Below, piece after piece: positions 34,945-47,900 of a stretch of DNA of 64,000 nt. Below the pieces are notes generated by a model, which worked only from the letters and a program-made list of their open reading frames with translations, was not told the origin of the DNA and did not search any database. Each line of letters opens with the position of its first letter. Within the stretch, counting starts at the first letter, position 1. The stretch spans positions 21,412,210-21,476,209 of the forward strand of contig NC_134030.1 in the NCBI RefSeq assembly GCF_964204645.1. The letters run 5' to 3'. Made by a program: the position numbers and the translations under genes. Origin of the DNA: Tubulanus polymorphus. Taxonomy: Eukaryota > Animalia > Nemertea.

Positions 34945-37190
34945 ATGCTGAATAAGAGGATGTACAGCGGTGTCCCGGGTTCGAACCCAGTAATTACTGA
35001 TACTGATTCAGAGTGGTTCTGATGTTGAATAGAGGATGTACAGGGGTGTCCAGGGTTCGAACCCAGTAAGTACTGACACTGATTCAGAGTGGTTCTGATG
35101 TTGAATAGAGGATGTACAGGGGTCTCGTACGGGCGGCTCCTCCGGGTAAAATATAAATTGTTGGAATGAAATGAAGATTTCTAATCTAAACTAATTATTT
35201 TGTAAATGAAAAAAATTATATCTCTCTCATTTTACCGTACGGTGCTGCCGCTATATTCATCACTAGCGGGATTTTCATACACTAACGTAAGTCAACTCTG
35301 GCAAGCTAGGGTTACGGAGTACACTGGGCAGCACGTCGATTGCCAGAGTTGACTTCAGTTAGTGTACGAAAATCCCGCTAACGATGAGCATAGCGGCAGC
35401 ACCGTACGGTGAAATGTTGATACTCGATATCCTTTTGTTAGTGATTAAGAGTGGTCCTGATGCTGAATAGAGGATGTACAGGGGTGTCCAGTGTTCGAAC
35501 CCAGTAATTACTGATACTGATTCAGAGTGGTTCTGATGTTGAATATAGGATGTACAGGGGTCCCGCACAGGCGGCTCCTCCGGGTAAAATATAAATTGTT
35601 GGAATGAAATGAAGATTTCTAATCTAAACTAATTATTTTGTAAATGAAAAAAATTATAACTCTCTCATTTTACCGTAAGGTGCTGCCGCTATATTCATCA
35701 CTAGCGGGATTCCCATACACTAACGTAAGTCAACTCTGGCAAGCTAGGGTTACGGAGTACACTGGGCAGCACGTCGATTGCCAGAGTTGACTTCAGTTAG
35801 TGTATGAAAGTCCCGCTAACGGTGAGCATAGCGGCAGCACCGTACGGTGAAATGTTGATACTCGATATCCTTTTCTTAGTGATTAAGAGTGGTCCTGAGG
35901 CTGAATAGAGGATGTACAGATGTCCCAGGTTCGACCCCAGTAATTACCGATACTGATTCAGAGTGGTCCTGATGCTGAATAGAGGATGTACAGGGGTGTC
36001 CCAGGTTCGAACGCAGTAATTACTGATACTGATTCAGAGTGGTCCTGATGCTGAATAGAGGATGTACAGGGGTGTCCCAGGTTTGAACCCAGTAATTACT
36101 GATACTGATTCAGAGTGGTTCTGATGTTGAATAGAGGATGTACAGGGGTCCCCTACAGGCGGCTCCTCCGGGTAAAATGCAAATTGTTGGAATGAAATGA
36201 AGATTTCTAATCTAAACTAATTATTTTGTAAATGAAAAAATTATAAGTGTCTCATTTCACCGTACGGTGCTGCCGCTATGCTCATCACAAGCGGGATTTT
36301 CATACACTAACGTAAGTCAACTCTGGCAAGCTAGGGTTACGGAGTGCACTGGGCAGCACGTCGATTGCCAGAGTTGACTTCAGTTAGTGTACGAAAATCC
36401 CGCTAACGATATGCATAGCGGCAGCACCGTACGGTGAAATGTTGATACTTGATATCCTTTTGTTAGTGATTAAGAGTGGTCCTGAAGCTGGATAGAGGAT
36501 GTACATGGGTGTCCAGGGTTCGAACCCAGTAATTACCGATACTGATTCAGAGTGGTCCTGATGCTGAATAGAGGATGTACAGGGGTGTCTCGGGTTCGGA
36601 CCCAGTAATTACTGATGCTGATTCAGAGTGGTTCTGATGTTGAATAGAGGATGTGCAGGGGTCCCGCACAGGCGGCTCCTCCGGGTAAAATGCAAATTGT
36701 TGGAATGCAATGAAGATTTCTAATCTAAACTGATTATTTTGTAAATGAAAAAGTTATAAGTGTCTCATTTTACCGTACGGTGCTGCCGCGGTATTCATCA
36801 CTAGCGGGATTTTCATACACTAACGTAAGTCAACTCTGGCAAGCTAGGGTTACGGAGTACACTGGGCAGCACGTCGATTGCCAGAGTTGACTTCAGTTAG
36901 TGTACGAAAATCCCGCCAACGACGAGCATAGCGGCAGCACCGTACGGTGAAATGTTGATACTTGATATCCTTTTCTTAGTGATTAAGAGTGGTTCTGATG
37001 CTGAATAGAGGGTGTACAGATGTCCCAGGTTCGACCCCAGTAATTACTGATACTGATTCAGAGTGGTCCTGATGCTGAATAGAGGATGTACAGGGGTGTC
37101 CGGGGTTCGAACCCAGTAATTACTGATGCTGATTCAGTGGTCCTGATGCTGAAAAGAGGATGTACAGGGCGGGTGTCCCAGGTTCGAATC
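34945..37190. repeat. Higher-order tandem array: 4 units, each with 1-3 ~74-bp B-box repeats + AT-rich linker + ~190-bp hairpin
   Basis: Hairpins at ~35228-35417, 35666-35853, 36253-36441 and 36766-36954; the subrepeat is gaatagaggatgtacagggg..ggttcgaacccagtaattactgatactgattcagagtgg. Confidence 0.9.
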
Positions 37191-38059
37191 TATAACCGTA
37201 AAAAAAGAAAGATGACCGAAAATTCGAAAGAACACTCACAGAAAATGTCATAAACATATTATTTGTATTTATTTACAATAATGAGGAGGTACTCTGTACA
37301 ATCATGTGATATAACAACCAAAAATACTGGAACAATGCCAACAATTTCAATGACACACAAACGACTTTCTTCTTGCATAACTACTTCTCATCACAAATCA
37401 TTCGTAAACATCACAATAGGGGGCAGTCCGAGTTCATATCACTCCGATCTACTACATAGAAATATATCCAACACAAAATCGACTTTTTAAGGCGAAAATG
37501 CAATGGACACCTTGTTTCTCCTAATTGGCCGGGTCATTTTTGTAATTAGCGATAAAATCTGTAATCATTTCTATAACTGCCGGGTCTGTTATTGTCAGCT
37601 TTATCGTGATTTTAAAAAAGTAATGTACAGGGTATATAGGCGGCCCGGTTCAACCGTTAAGCTCAAGCAGAAATGAGAAACAAGGTATCAATTCCTCTAG
37701 CCTAGGTTAATTCTTTCGGTTCTTTACCGCGTTAAATAAATGCAGGTTACACCAATCTTTCAAAGATTAAAGCGCTAGCAGTTGCGAAAGAGTTAACTGG
37801 TGGACATTTTCATTGTCACTATGGCTTCCATTCCACCCGATTAAACCCTAAACAACTTTGCATCAACTGCAGCTCCCGGTCATGAAGTACGCGATACTCA
37901 AAATATCGAGAATGTCGACCCTAGTTCCTTCCCCAAGTTAAGCAAATGAGCAACTGATATTCTAAACATCATATACAATCGATGAATGATTTTTCAGGAA
38001 CAAAAATAAGTTGGTCCGAGTTTGGTAAATTTGCAGATGAAGTTAGTCAGAGTTTTGAC

Positions 38060-38367
38060 ATCCTCCCTCGGCAGGGATTCGAACCTGATGGCATCGCTAC
38101 ACTCAGCCACAGCACGAAACCCTGCCTCACTAGACCGAGTGTTAGCCGTGCGAAAACTTGCTGCAACAATCAGATTGCTTGCAGTATAATCACTGAGGTA
38201 AATTCCAAAGAAGAACTATAAATGGGAAAATCTGGGCTTAAATAAAACAGGATTTCTGATTGGCTGATAATGACATCATCTAAGCTACGCACCCGGTCTA
38301 GTGTGGCAGGGTTTCGTATCGTAGCAATCTCGATACCATCAGGTTCGAATCCCTGTTGGGGGAGGAT
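38060..38367. mobile_element. Palindromic element with two outward-facing tRNA-like arms
   Basis: Each ~85-bp arm reads cggtctagtg..ggcagggtttcgt..catcaGGTTCGAATCCctg..gggaggat. Confidence 0.7.
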
Positions 38368-39096
38368 CAGATTTGAGGGTAATTATCCTGGAGAATTGCC
38401 AGAAGTGGAATCACCTATCGCCACAGTTGATGTCCTACTGCCCACTATTGACATCTGGTGGATCCCCACGCGACCACAAGTGAAATCCCCGATTGCCAGA
38501 GCAGCCGTTTTTAGGTTCCCCGATTAAACTTCATCGTTATCGGAGTAAATTTCTAATGGTTACTTTCTGTCGAACCAGCGAGCCGCGACCGCGCCAAAAC
38601 ATCTTCAATAACAAACATTTTGATCAATCAAACATTTTCTACATTTTATAATATCACAGTACGATACCAGAAGTTTGGATTGTACGCTTTTTGCAAATAC
38701 CTCGAAAATCACAATTTTTCAACGCCCTGAAACGGCAGAAACAATTTATGGCCCTGCGCTCATGTACGCATACATACTAAATGAATATATCCTCTCAACA
38801 ATATAGACGTCATGTGCTTTTTCCACTTTCACAACGGACCCTAAAAATCTCGTACACTGACGGGCAGACAAGCTATGACATCACACGCAACACCCTCTAT
38901 TGGTGGTCAAACACATCAAATGATTCACATAACAGCCCCTCGAAATTTATAAATCCCCTGATTATCACTAGCTGTTACGTACGGGCCAAGTCTCCAGCAA
39001 TGAGTGGTTGACAAACTACGATATAACGCACAACACCGTCTATTGCTTATCTATTCGAAGAAAAGTAGATTCGGCCAGAAAATTTAGTGAAAGTAA

Positions 39097-39535
39097 TCAT
39101 CGCACAGTACATTAAACTACTAGCGTCATCGCACAGTACATAAAACTACTAGCGTCATCGCACAGTACATAAAACTACTAGCGTCATCGCACAGTACATA
39201 AAACTACTAGCGTCATCGCACAGTACATTAAACTACTAGCGTCATCGCACAGTACATAAAACTACTAGCGTCATCGCACAGTACATAAAACTACTAGCGT
39301 CATCGCACAGTACATAAAACTACTAGCGTCATCGCACAGTACATTAAACTACTAGCGTCATCGCACAGTACATTAAACTACTAGCGTCATTGCACAGTAC
39401 ATAAAACTACTAGCGTCATCGCAAAGTACATAAAACTACTAGCGTCATCGCGCAGTACATAAAACTACTAGCGTCATCACGCAGTACATTAAACTACTAG
39501 CATCATCGCATAGTACATTAAACTACTAGCGTCAT
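39097..39535. repeat. 29-bp minisatellite (tcatcgcacagtacatWaaactactagcg) x15
   Basis: Direct tandem repetition. Confidence 0.95.
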
Positions 39536-40574
39536 AGAAAAACACCCAAAAAATGCCCTTAAAAATGAAAAGTTTGCACAGTAAAACGTAGTAGATTCCT
39601 CTTAACCTCGAATGCGTTCAAGCTAAATCATCGCTGAACTCAAAAACGCAAATCTTAGAACCATTGAACAACAGAATGTGAATTAATTTTCCATTTCCTA
39701 ATTCGGCAACTTGATACCAGAAATCACTGGTCCGTATCGGTTTGAGTTCAGAGGAGTCTACTTCAAAGACCACACACTACAAAATTCATTCTAAAAGTAT
39801 TCGGGCAACAATTGATAAATAAACATGTCACAATTAATCAGCAATATTAATTAACACCAATTCTTAATTACAAATAAATATTTCATTAAATATTTCAAAT
39901 ATTTTTGGTCCGGGTTTGTAAAATGTGCATGAAGATGTTTGGTGATGTTGACATGTACACGAATGATGTAAAAGTATGTAACATGTACATGTTTGAAGAT
40001 GTCGACATGTGCATGTTATGATTGAAATGTCGCATGTACATGTTATGAGATGCCGACATGTGCATGTTTTGATATAAACGTCAATGTATACACGTTTTCA
40101 AGTATGTATATATATATATATAACATGTTATAAGATGGTGACATGCACATGTTTGAATATGACATGCGCATGTCTCGAGATGCCGACATGTTGTCACCGG
40201 ATGTCATTCGTTGTGCAATCGAAAAATGCGTACATCGAAAATATGTACAAAAAGAGAGAGAGAACGAAACGATTTTCGCAAACACCTGAGAAAGAGTTCG
40301 ATGAAACGATAAGAAAATTCCACTGAAATTCATCTCAAACGACGCGATATTGAAACCGATATTTCGATCTTTCTAAGATAGTCGCGCGGGTTCATGAAAG
40401 TAATCCCTATCGTTGAACACAATGAATTTACGCGGTAGGCCGAGCCGCTTACCACGGATTATCACCAAACATAAGATCTTCCTACTCCAGTTTACTCCAG
40501 AGAACGACCGATTATCGCTCCGACTGCTCCGGAATTCACTCGCCGGCTTGTAGAGAATGGTTATCGGTCAGGCA

Positions 40575-41840
40575 AGATACAAGCACTCAGTCTACTGTAG
40601 ATCAGATACAAGCACTTAGTCTACGGTAGATCAGATACAAGCACTCAGTCTACTGTAGATCAGATACAAGCACTTAGTCTACGGTAGATCAGATACAAGC
40701 ACTTAGTCTACGGTAGATCAGATACAAGCACTTAGTCTACGGTAGATCAGATACAAGCACTCAGTCTACTGTAGATCAGATACAAGCACTCAGTCTACTG
40801 TAGATCAGAGACAAGCTCTCAGTCTACGGTAGATCAGATACAAGCACTTAGTCTACTGTAGATCAGAGACAAGCACTTAGTCTACGGTAGATCAGAGACA
40901 AGCACTCAGTCTACTGTAGATCAGATACAAGCACTCAGTCTACTGTAGATCAGATACAAGCACTTAGTCTACGGTAGATCAGAGACAAGCTCTCAGTCTA
41001 CTGTAGATCAGATACAAGCTCTCAGTCTACGGTAGATCAGATACAAGCACTTAGTCTACGGTAGATCAGATACAAGCACTCAGTCTACTGTAGATCAGAT
41101 ACAAGCACTCAGTCTACTGTAGATCAGATACAAGCACTTAGTCTACGGTAGATCAGAGACAAGCTCTCAGTCTACTGTAGATCAGAGACAAGCGCTCAGT
41201 CTACTGTAGATCAGATACAAGCACTTAGTCTACGGTAGATCAGAGACAAGCTCTCAGTCTACTGTAGATCAGATACAAGCACTCAGTCTACTGTAGATCA
41301 GATACAAGCACTTAGTCTACTGTAGATCAGATACAAGCACTTATTCTACGGTAGATCAGATACAAGCACTTATTCTACGGTAGATCAGATACAAGCACTT
41401 AGTCTACGGTAGATCAGATACAAGCACTCAGTCTACTGTAGATCAGATACAAGCACTTAGTCTACGGTAGATCAGAGACAAGCACTCAGTCTACTGTAGA
41501 TCAGATACAAGCACTCAGTCTACTGTAGATCAGATACAAGCACTTAGTCTACTGTAGATCAGATACAAGCACTTATTCTACGGTAGATCAGATACAAGCA
41601 CTTATTCTACTGTAGATCAGATACAAGCACTCAGTCTACTGTAGATCAGATACAAGCACTTAGTCTACTGTAGATCAGATACAAGCACTTATTCTACGGT
41701 AGATCAGAGACAAGCGCACAGTCTACGGTAGATCAGATACAAGCACTTAGTCTACGGTAGATCAGATACAAGCACTTAGTCTACAGTAGATCAGAGACAA
41801 GCGCGCAGTCTACGGTAGATCAGAGACAAGCGTGCAGTCC
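40575..41840. repeat. 29-bp minisatellite (agatacaagcactYagtctacKgtagatc) ~43 copies
   Basis: Direct tandem repetition with no spacers; the unit contains the palindrome tctacNgtaga. Confidence 0.97.
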
Positions 41841-41963
41841 ATTGTAATCAACTTTTCTGTCTATTTCTTTAAGTAACAGATCTTTGCTGAGGCAGTGAAC
41901 GTCGTTTTGTCTTTTAAACACGACCAATGACCCGTCGATGGGTCTCTCAGACGGATGCGCGAA

Positions 41964-44900
41964 TTAGTTGAGATATTTGCGACACTTTTTCGTCGCGCAC
42001 GAACACGGTATCTTCACGTCTTCGATCGGGAACTTGTAATCGTAAGTCAGCTCTTCGGCGCATTTTATTCTGAAAAAATTCGAAAAAAGTCGATAAGTTC
42101 GAAGTGACAGATTTGTTGAATTTTCTTAACACACTTCAGAATTTGGTCGTGGCAGCCGTACTCAAAAATGAAGATTGACAGATTTAACACGATCCCTACA
42201 GATCAGTTACCTATTCCTGGATGTAAGGAGTTTTTAAGGAATTTCATATTTATATTCATATTTCATGGGAGCGTCTGAATCACGTTCATATCCCAATTAG
42301 CAAAGACTTCAAATCGGTACTGTTTATCTCAGTAAACCGATAATTCAGTGGTTTCGTAAGCAAATTATTATCCTTTACACCTGAACTTGATTTCTAATTT
42401 AGTCACCACCTAATAGGGTTAAATAAAACCCTAGTTCCCTAGTTCCAACTGTACTAATTTAGGCGTAATTTTCAATACAACTTATCTAACAGTCTGCTTC
42501 TCAAAATTGATGCTTCTCAAAATTGATGCTTCTCAAAATTGACAGAGTTTTGGGCATTTTGTTCGAATAAAAGTAGTTTCAAGAACCTTTAAAAGCATTT
42601 GCTGTTAAGGAGTTTTTTATGAATCAATGAGTCATAGGCACCTTGTTCAGAGTTAAACGTATAATCATCGGAATGAGATGAAAACATGAAAATGGGTGCG
42701 TAAAATATTTTTTCGACTTTTAACTTACGGTCTCATCGCGAATATGACGATGTGTTTCTTGCCGTCGACGTTGATGACTTTCGAGTAACAATTCGGCTGC
42801 GAAAAAATAAAACAGAATAACCGTAAACAATGACCGGTATCGGGCAGTTGTCGGGGTGCCCCTGGACCTCTAGTTCTTAGACATTCCATTTCATTCTAAG
42901 CGTTACATTTTCTAAGCTAATAATCATTTTCATCATAAAATCATTTTCGTCTGGATCAGTTATTTTCAAAATGGGTAAAAATAGGTTAAGATTGACTGGT
43001 CTTAGATTGTAAGGTTGGCTATAAAACTAAGACGGTTTTAGACTGGTCTTTAAATCTAAGCTCCGAGTATTAATAATATTGATAACAATTATGATTATAT
43101 TAATAATGATAATAATAATAATAATAATAATCATTCATCAGTTAAATAGCGCTTTACTATAAAACAATCATGGCACTTTACATAAAAGAGGCTACAATAC
43201 ATGTAGTAATAAAATTGTTCAAATACAACCAAAACATAAAATCAAATGGCAAGATATTACAAGATGACAACAGCTTTCTTCAAGAGATATTCAGAGATTT
43301 TTTGTTTTCGTTCGAGTGCAACTTGACCCCCCTGAAAATGAAATCTTTTAGATTTTGTTCTCGTATTTTCGCCGAGTACTCACGTCGCACGAGTGGTTGA
43401 TGAATCTGGCGGCGTTACCGTGCATCGTCGCGTCGACAACGTCGTAATCGTCGATACGGAACATATAACAACCGATACCCTACAAATATACAACACACGT
43501 TATCTATCAGACCTCAAACCGTCTGCACATTCCGGCCTATTACACCTCAAACCGTCTGCACATTCCGGCCTATTACACCGCAAACCGTCTGCACATTCCG
43601 GCCTATTACACCTCAAACCGTCTGCACATTCCGGCCTATTACACCTCAAACCGTCTGCACATTCCGGCCTATTACACCTCAAACCGTCTGCACATTCCGG
43701 CCTATTACACCTCAAACCGTCTGCACATTCCGGCCTATTACACTTCAAACCGTCTGCACATTCCGGCCTATTACACCTCAAACCGTCTGCACATTCCGGC
43801 CTATTACACCTCAAACCGTCTGCGCATTCCGGCCTATTACACCTCAAGCTGCCCGAATCCACCCCGACTCTTTTTCCATCTACTTCACAAAAACAGTTAC
43901 ACTCAGGGTTCATTTTCATAACTTTTCCGAACATAGATTATAAATTTTCAATACCACTAAGTTACCTATCACCAACCTAGAACAGGCAACGTAGGCCTTA
44001 ATTTCAAGATAGCACGAAAATCTTATTTTCAGAACATTTTCTGAATTTCAAATCCATTTGCTTAAGACTAAGTAGACACAAAGATATCAAAACTGTTCTA
44101 TTCTTGCGATTTGAAATTCTTGGAGCATGAAGATGACGAATCTGAACGCAAATCTTTCGTGGCGATTTTGGTGGTCCAACTCATCAATCTCATATAACAT
44201 GAAAGCCTAGTGTGTTTATAACAAAATGACATAAAATATGAAAGAATTCTCGCGAGATATCGCGTGCGCACCTTGCTCTCGTAATAACGTTCTCGTTTAT
44301 CGGTTAACACGGCTCTGATGACTTCACCGGCGTATTCTATAACCATCTCACCGGCGTCTATATTCCTCTTACAGAATAAACCGCGTCCGTGAATACCAGA
44401 CCTAGAAAACATTCGAAACAGAGAACGCGTCAATTCAAAATCCATAAATTGTATCAATTTACCTAAATGGGAATGAACAGATATTATCAGACTTCATCGG
44501 AACCTCGTTTCAACCGACTCAGATACGACGACTCATCGGATATAACAAATATAGAATATCGTCCCAAGTAAGAGAATTTGATCTATTTCAAACTACTTTT
44601 GTATCGGTTATAACAAACAGATTTTCTGGTCTCCTGAAGTTCGTTGTAACGAGGTTCCGCTGTATATAGAACTATCGGTTATAACGAACAGATTTTCTGG
44701 TCTCCTGAAGTTCGTTCTAACGAGGTTCCGCTGTATATAGAACTATCGGTTATAACGAACAGATTTTCTGGTCTCTTGAAGTTCGTTGTAACGAGGTTCC
44801 GCTGTATATAGAACTATCGGTTATAACGAACAGATTTTCTGGTCTCTTGAAGTTCGTTCTAACGAGGTTCCGCTGTATATAGAACTATCGGTTATAACGA

Positions 44901-47900
44901 ACAGATTTTCTGGTCTCTTGAAGTTCGTTGTAACGAGGTTCCGCTGTATATAGAACTATCGGTTATAACAAACAGATTTTATGGTCTCCTGAAGTTCGTT
45001 GTAACGAGGTTCCGCTGTATATAGAACTATCGGTTATAACGAACAGATTTTCTGGTCTCCTGAAGTTCGTTGTAACGAGGTTCCGCTGTATATAGAACTA
45101 TCGGTTATAACGAACAGATTTTCTGGTCTCCTGAAGTTCGTTGTAACGAGGTTCCGCTGTTATATCTATTTCAACTTAAGTCGCTAGAGAGGACGTTTTG
45201 CAACTGAAAGGTTTTTACTCTTTCCTTAGAAAGACAAACTCAAAATTTCAAAATTTTACCCTCAGTATATTTTGATTTTAAGGTATTTTTTTTCAATTTA
45301 TCTTATTAGAAATCAACAGATACATCATACAACGAAGGAAAACCTTAGCGGTGACCGGTTGATAAAGTTAATTTTCAAGAAAAATCACAAATGAAAGTTG
45401 TGTTCGGGTAAACAATTGACAACCCAGAACTATGCTACGCGAAGTTTTAAATGAATTTACCGAATATTTAGAGAATAATCTCGTGAATTCCCAAAAATTA
45501 CAAAACACCAACCAAGATATATGTCTCAGGGCATTATTGAGCTGGTCTGAAGTTTTTTGCCTCAACCCACTGACGACCACTCAGGGGTATCATCAGCAGG
45601 TTTGAGGTAACTCTTCCCCTCAACCAGCTGAGAATGACTCAGTGGTATCATCAGCAGGTTTGAGGTTCTTTCCCCACCCCCTCAACCCGCTGAGCGCCAC
45701 TCAGGGCATTACTAACAGGTTCGAGGGCTATGAATGTCTCACCTGTAAACGCCGACAGCCTCGCGAGCCGTCTGCTTCAAATGTCTGAACCTCATCGCCA
45801 TCGGTAAATCCATACTCGTCGCCCGTCTACAAAATAAACAACATCGATGAACATTTTACCACCGTTACATGAATTCCAAAGTTTTTGCTGATATCCTGTT
45901 CGAACTGACAGGATCCCTACAGATCAGTCATTCCTGGATTAAAGGAGTTTTAAAAGAGAAAATGCCTTCATATCCCAATTACAGTAGACTCCTCTTAAAT
46001 CGGTACTGTTTATCTCGGTAAACCAGTGAGTAATTCAGTGGTTTTGTAAGCAAATTTTTACCCTCGAAACTCGGGTTTCTAATTCAGTAACCGCATAATT
46101 GGGTAAAAACAAATCCAAACTGTACCGATTTAGGCGTAGTTTACAACAGTCTGCGCAACACGAACATTTCTGATTGCCGTGTTTGAAGAATAGTTTTTGA
46201 GGAAAGGAGTTATAAATACCTGGATGATTTCAACGACATGTCGGCGTCCTGCGACGTCGGTTGATGCTGTATCGGTCTGCGTCGGTATTTAGACAACAGG
46301 AAGCTGAACGTATCGTGAGGTTTACGCTGTTTAAACCCTTCCGATCTCACGCAACCCGACGCGTTGATGGGTGGCTCCTACAAAACACATAACAAATCTC
46401 CCCATGACATCATCTCTGTAACAGATATGTCCACAAATCTCCCTATTACATCATCTCTTTAATAGATATGTCCACAAATCTCCCTATGACATCATCTCTT
46501 TAATAGATATGTCCACAAATCTCCCTATGACATCATCTCTTTAATAGATATGTCCACAAATCTCCCTATGACATCATCTCTTTAATAGATATGTCCACAA
46601 ATCTCCCTATGACATCATCTCTTTAATAGATATGTCCACTAATCACCCTATGACATCATCTCTTCAATAGATATGTCCACAAATCACCCTATGACATCAT
46701 CTCTTTAATAGATATGTCCACAAATCTCCCTATGACATCATCTCTTCGATAGATATGTCCACTTATCACCCTATGACATCATCTCTTCAATAGATATGTC
46801 CACAAATCACCCTATGACATCATCTCTTTAATAGATATGTCCGCAAATCACCCTATGACATCATCTCTTCAATAGATATGTCCATAAATCTCCCTATTAC
46901 ATCATCTCTTTAATAGATATGTCCGCAATTCTCCCTATGACATCATCTCTTCAATAGATATGTCCGCAAATCACCCTATGACATCATCTCTTCAATAGAT
47001 ATGTCCATAAATCTCCCTATTACATCATCTCTTTAATAGATATGTCCACAAATCACCCTATGACATCATCTCTTTAATAGATATGTCCGCAAATCACCCT
47101 ATGACATCATCTCTTTAATAGATATGTCCGCAAATCACCCTATGACATCATCTCTTCAATAGATATGTCCACAAATCACCCTATGACACAAATCACCCTA
47201 TGACATCATCTCTTCAATAGATATGTCCACAAATCTCCCTATGACATCATCAAATAATTCCACCTATGAGATCATCCAATTGTTAACTACAGACTTGATA
47301 TTTAGCCATATTCAGAAAAGATGGCCATATCTATAATGAATGATGAATGATGAATCATAAATCATAGAAAATTAAAGACGGCCACCAAGCAACCGGTAAG
47401 GGTTTCATACCTCTTCGAGTTCACGGCGTTTATACGTCTTGTATTTGAAACGGTAATTGTGACAGTTTTCGGCTCCGTAAAGTTGTTCCATCGCGTGAGT
47501 CACCTGTTTGTGACTCAAACCGAACATATCCTGACCTTTAACATCTAAAACGACGAGAAACATTTCGTAGAAATCAGCGTGAAATCAACTTCATTGTCAT
47601 CGGGTTTTCAATTCGAAGGTTCCTCCTAGGTTTAGGTTATAACGCGGAACCATTTTCGCAGTCATACCTTTAGATTTAAGCCTATGATCAGTTTGGTTCT
47701 AAAACCAATCTATCAACTTAAGACCAGTCTAAACTCATTTTGGTTCTATAACCAATCCATCAACTTAAGACCAGGCTAAACTCATTTTGGTTCTATAACC
47801 ACTCTAACATATTAAGACCAGTCTAAGTTCATTTTGGACCATTAACAAATCTAATAATTGGAAGACTAGTCTAAGCTCATTTTGGTTCTATAGCCAATCT

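Noticed and set aside
34945-37190. Hammerhead ribozyme or tRNA in the 74-bp subrepeat (ctgatg..)
   Set aside because: It reads CTGATGCT/CTGATGTT with no stem II-GAAA, and the T-stem and cloverleaf do not form.
40575-41840. CRISPR-like array (29-bp palindromic repeats)
   Set aside because: The repeats abut with no unique spacers, there are no cas genes, and the context is eukaryotic. It is a minisatellite, as is 39097-39535.
43393-43980. 195-aa and 144-aa repetitive ORFs ([11 protein letters not shown] / [11 protein letters not shown], zinc-finger-looking)
   Set aside because: They are by-products of a 33-bp stop-free intronic minisatellite between two SET exons.
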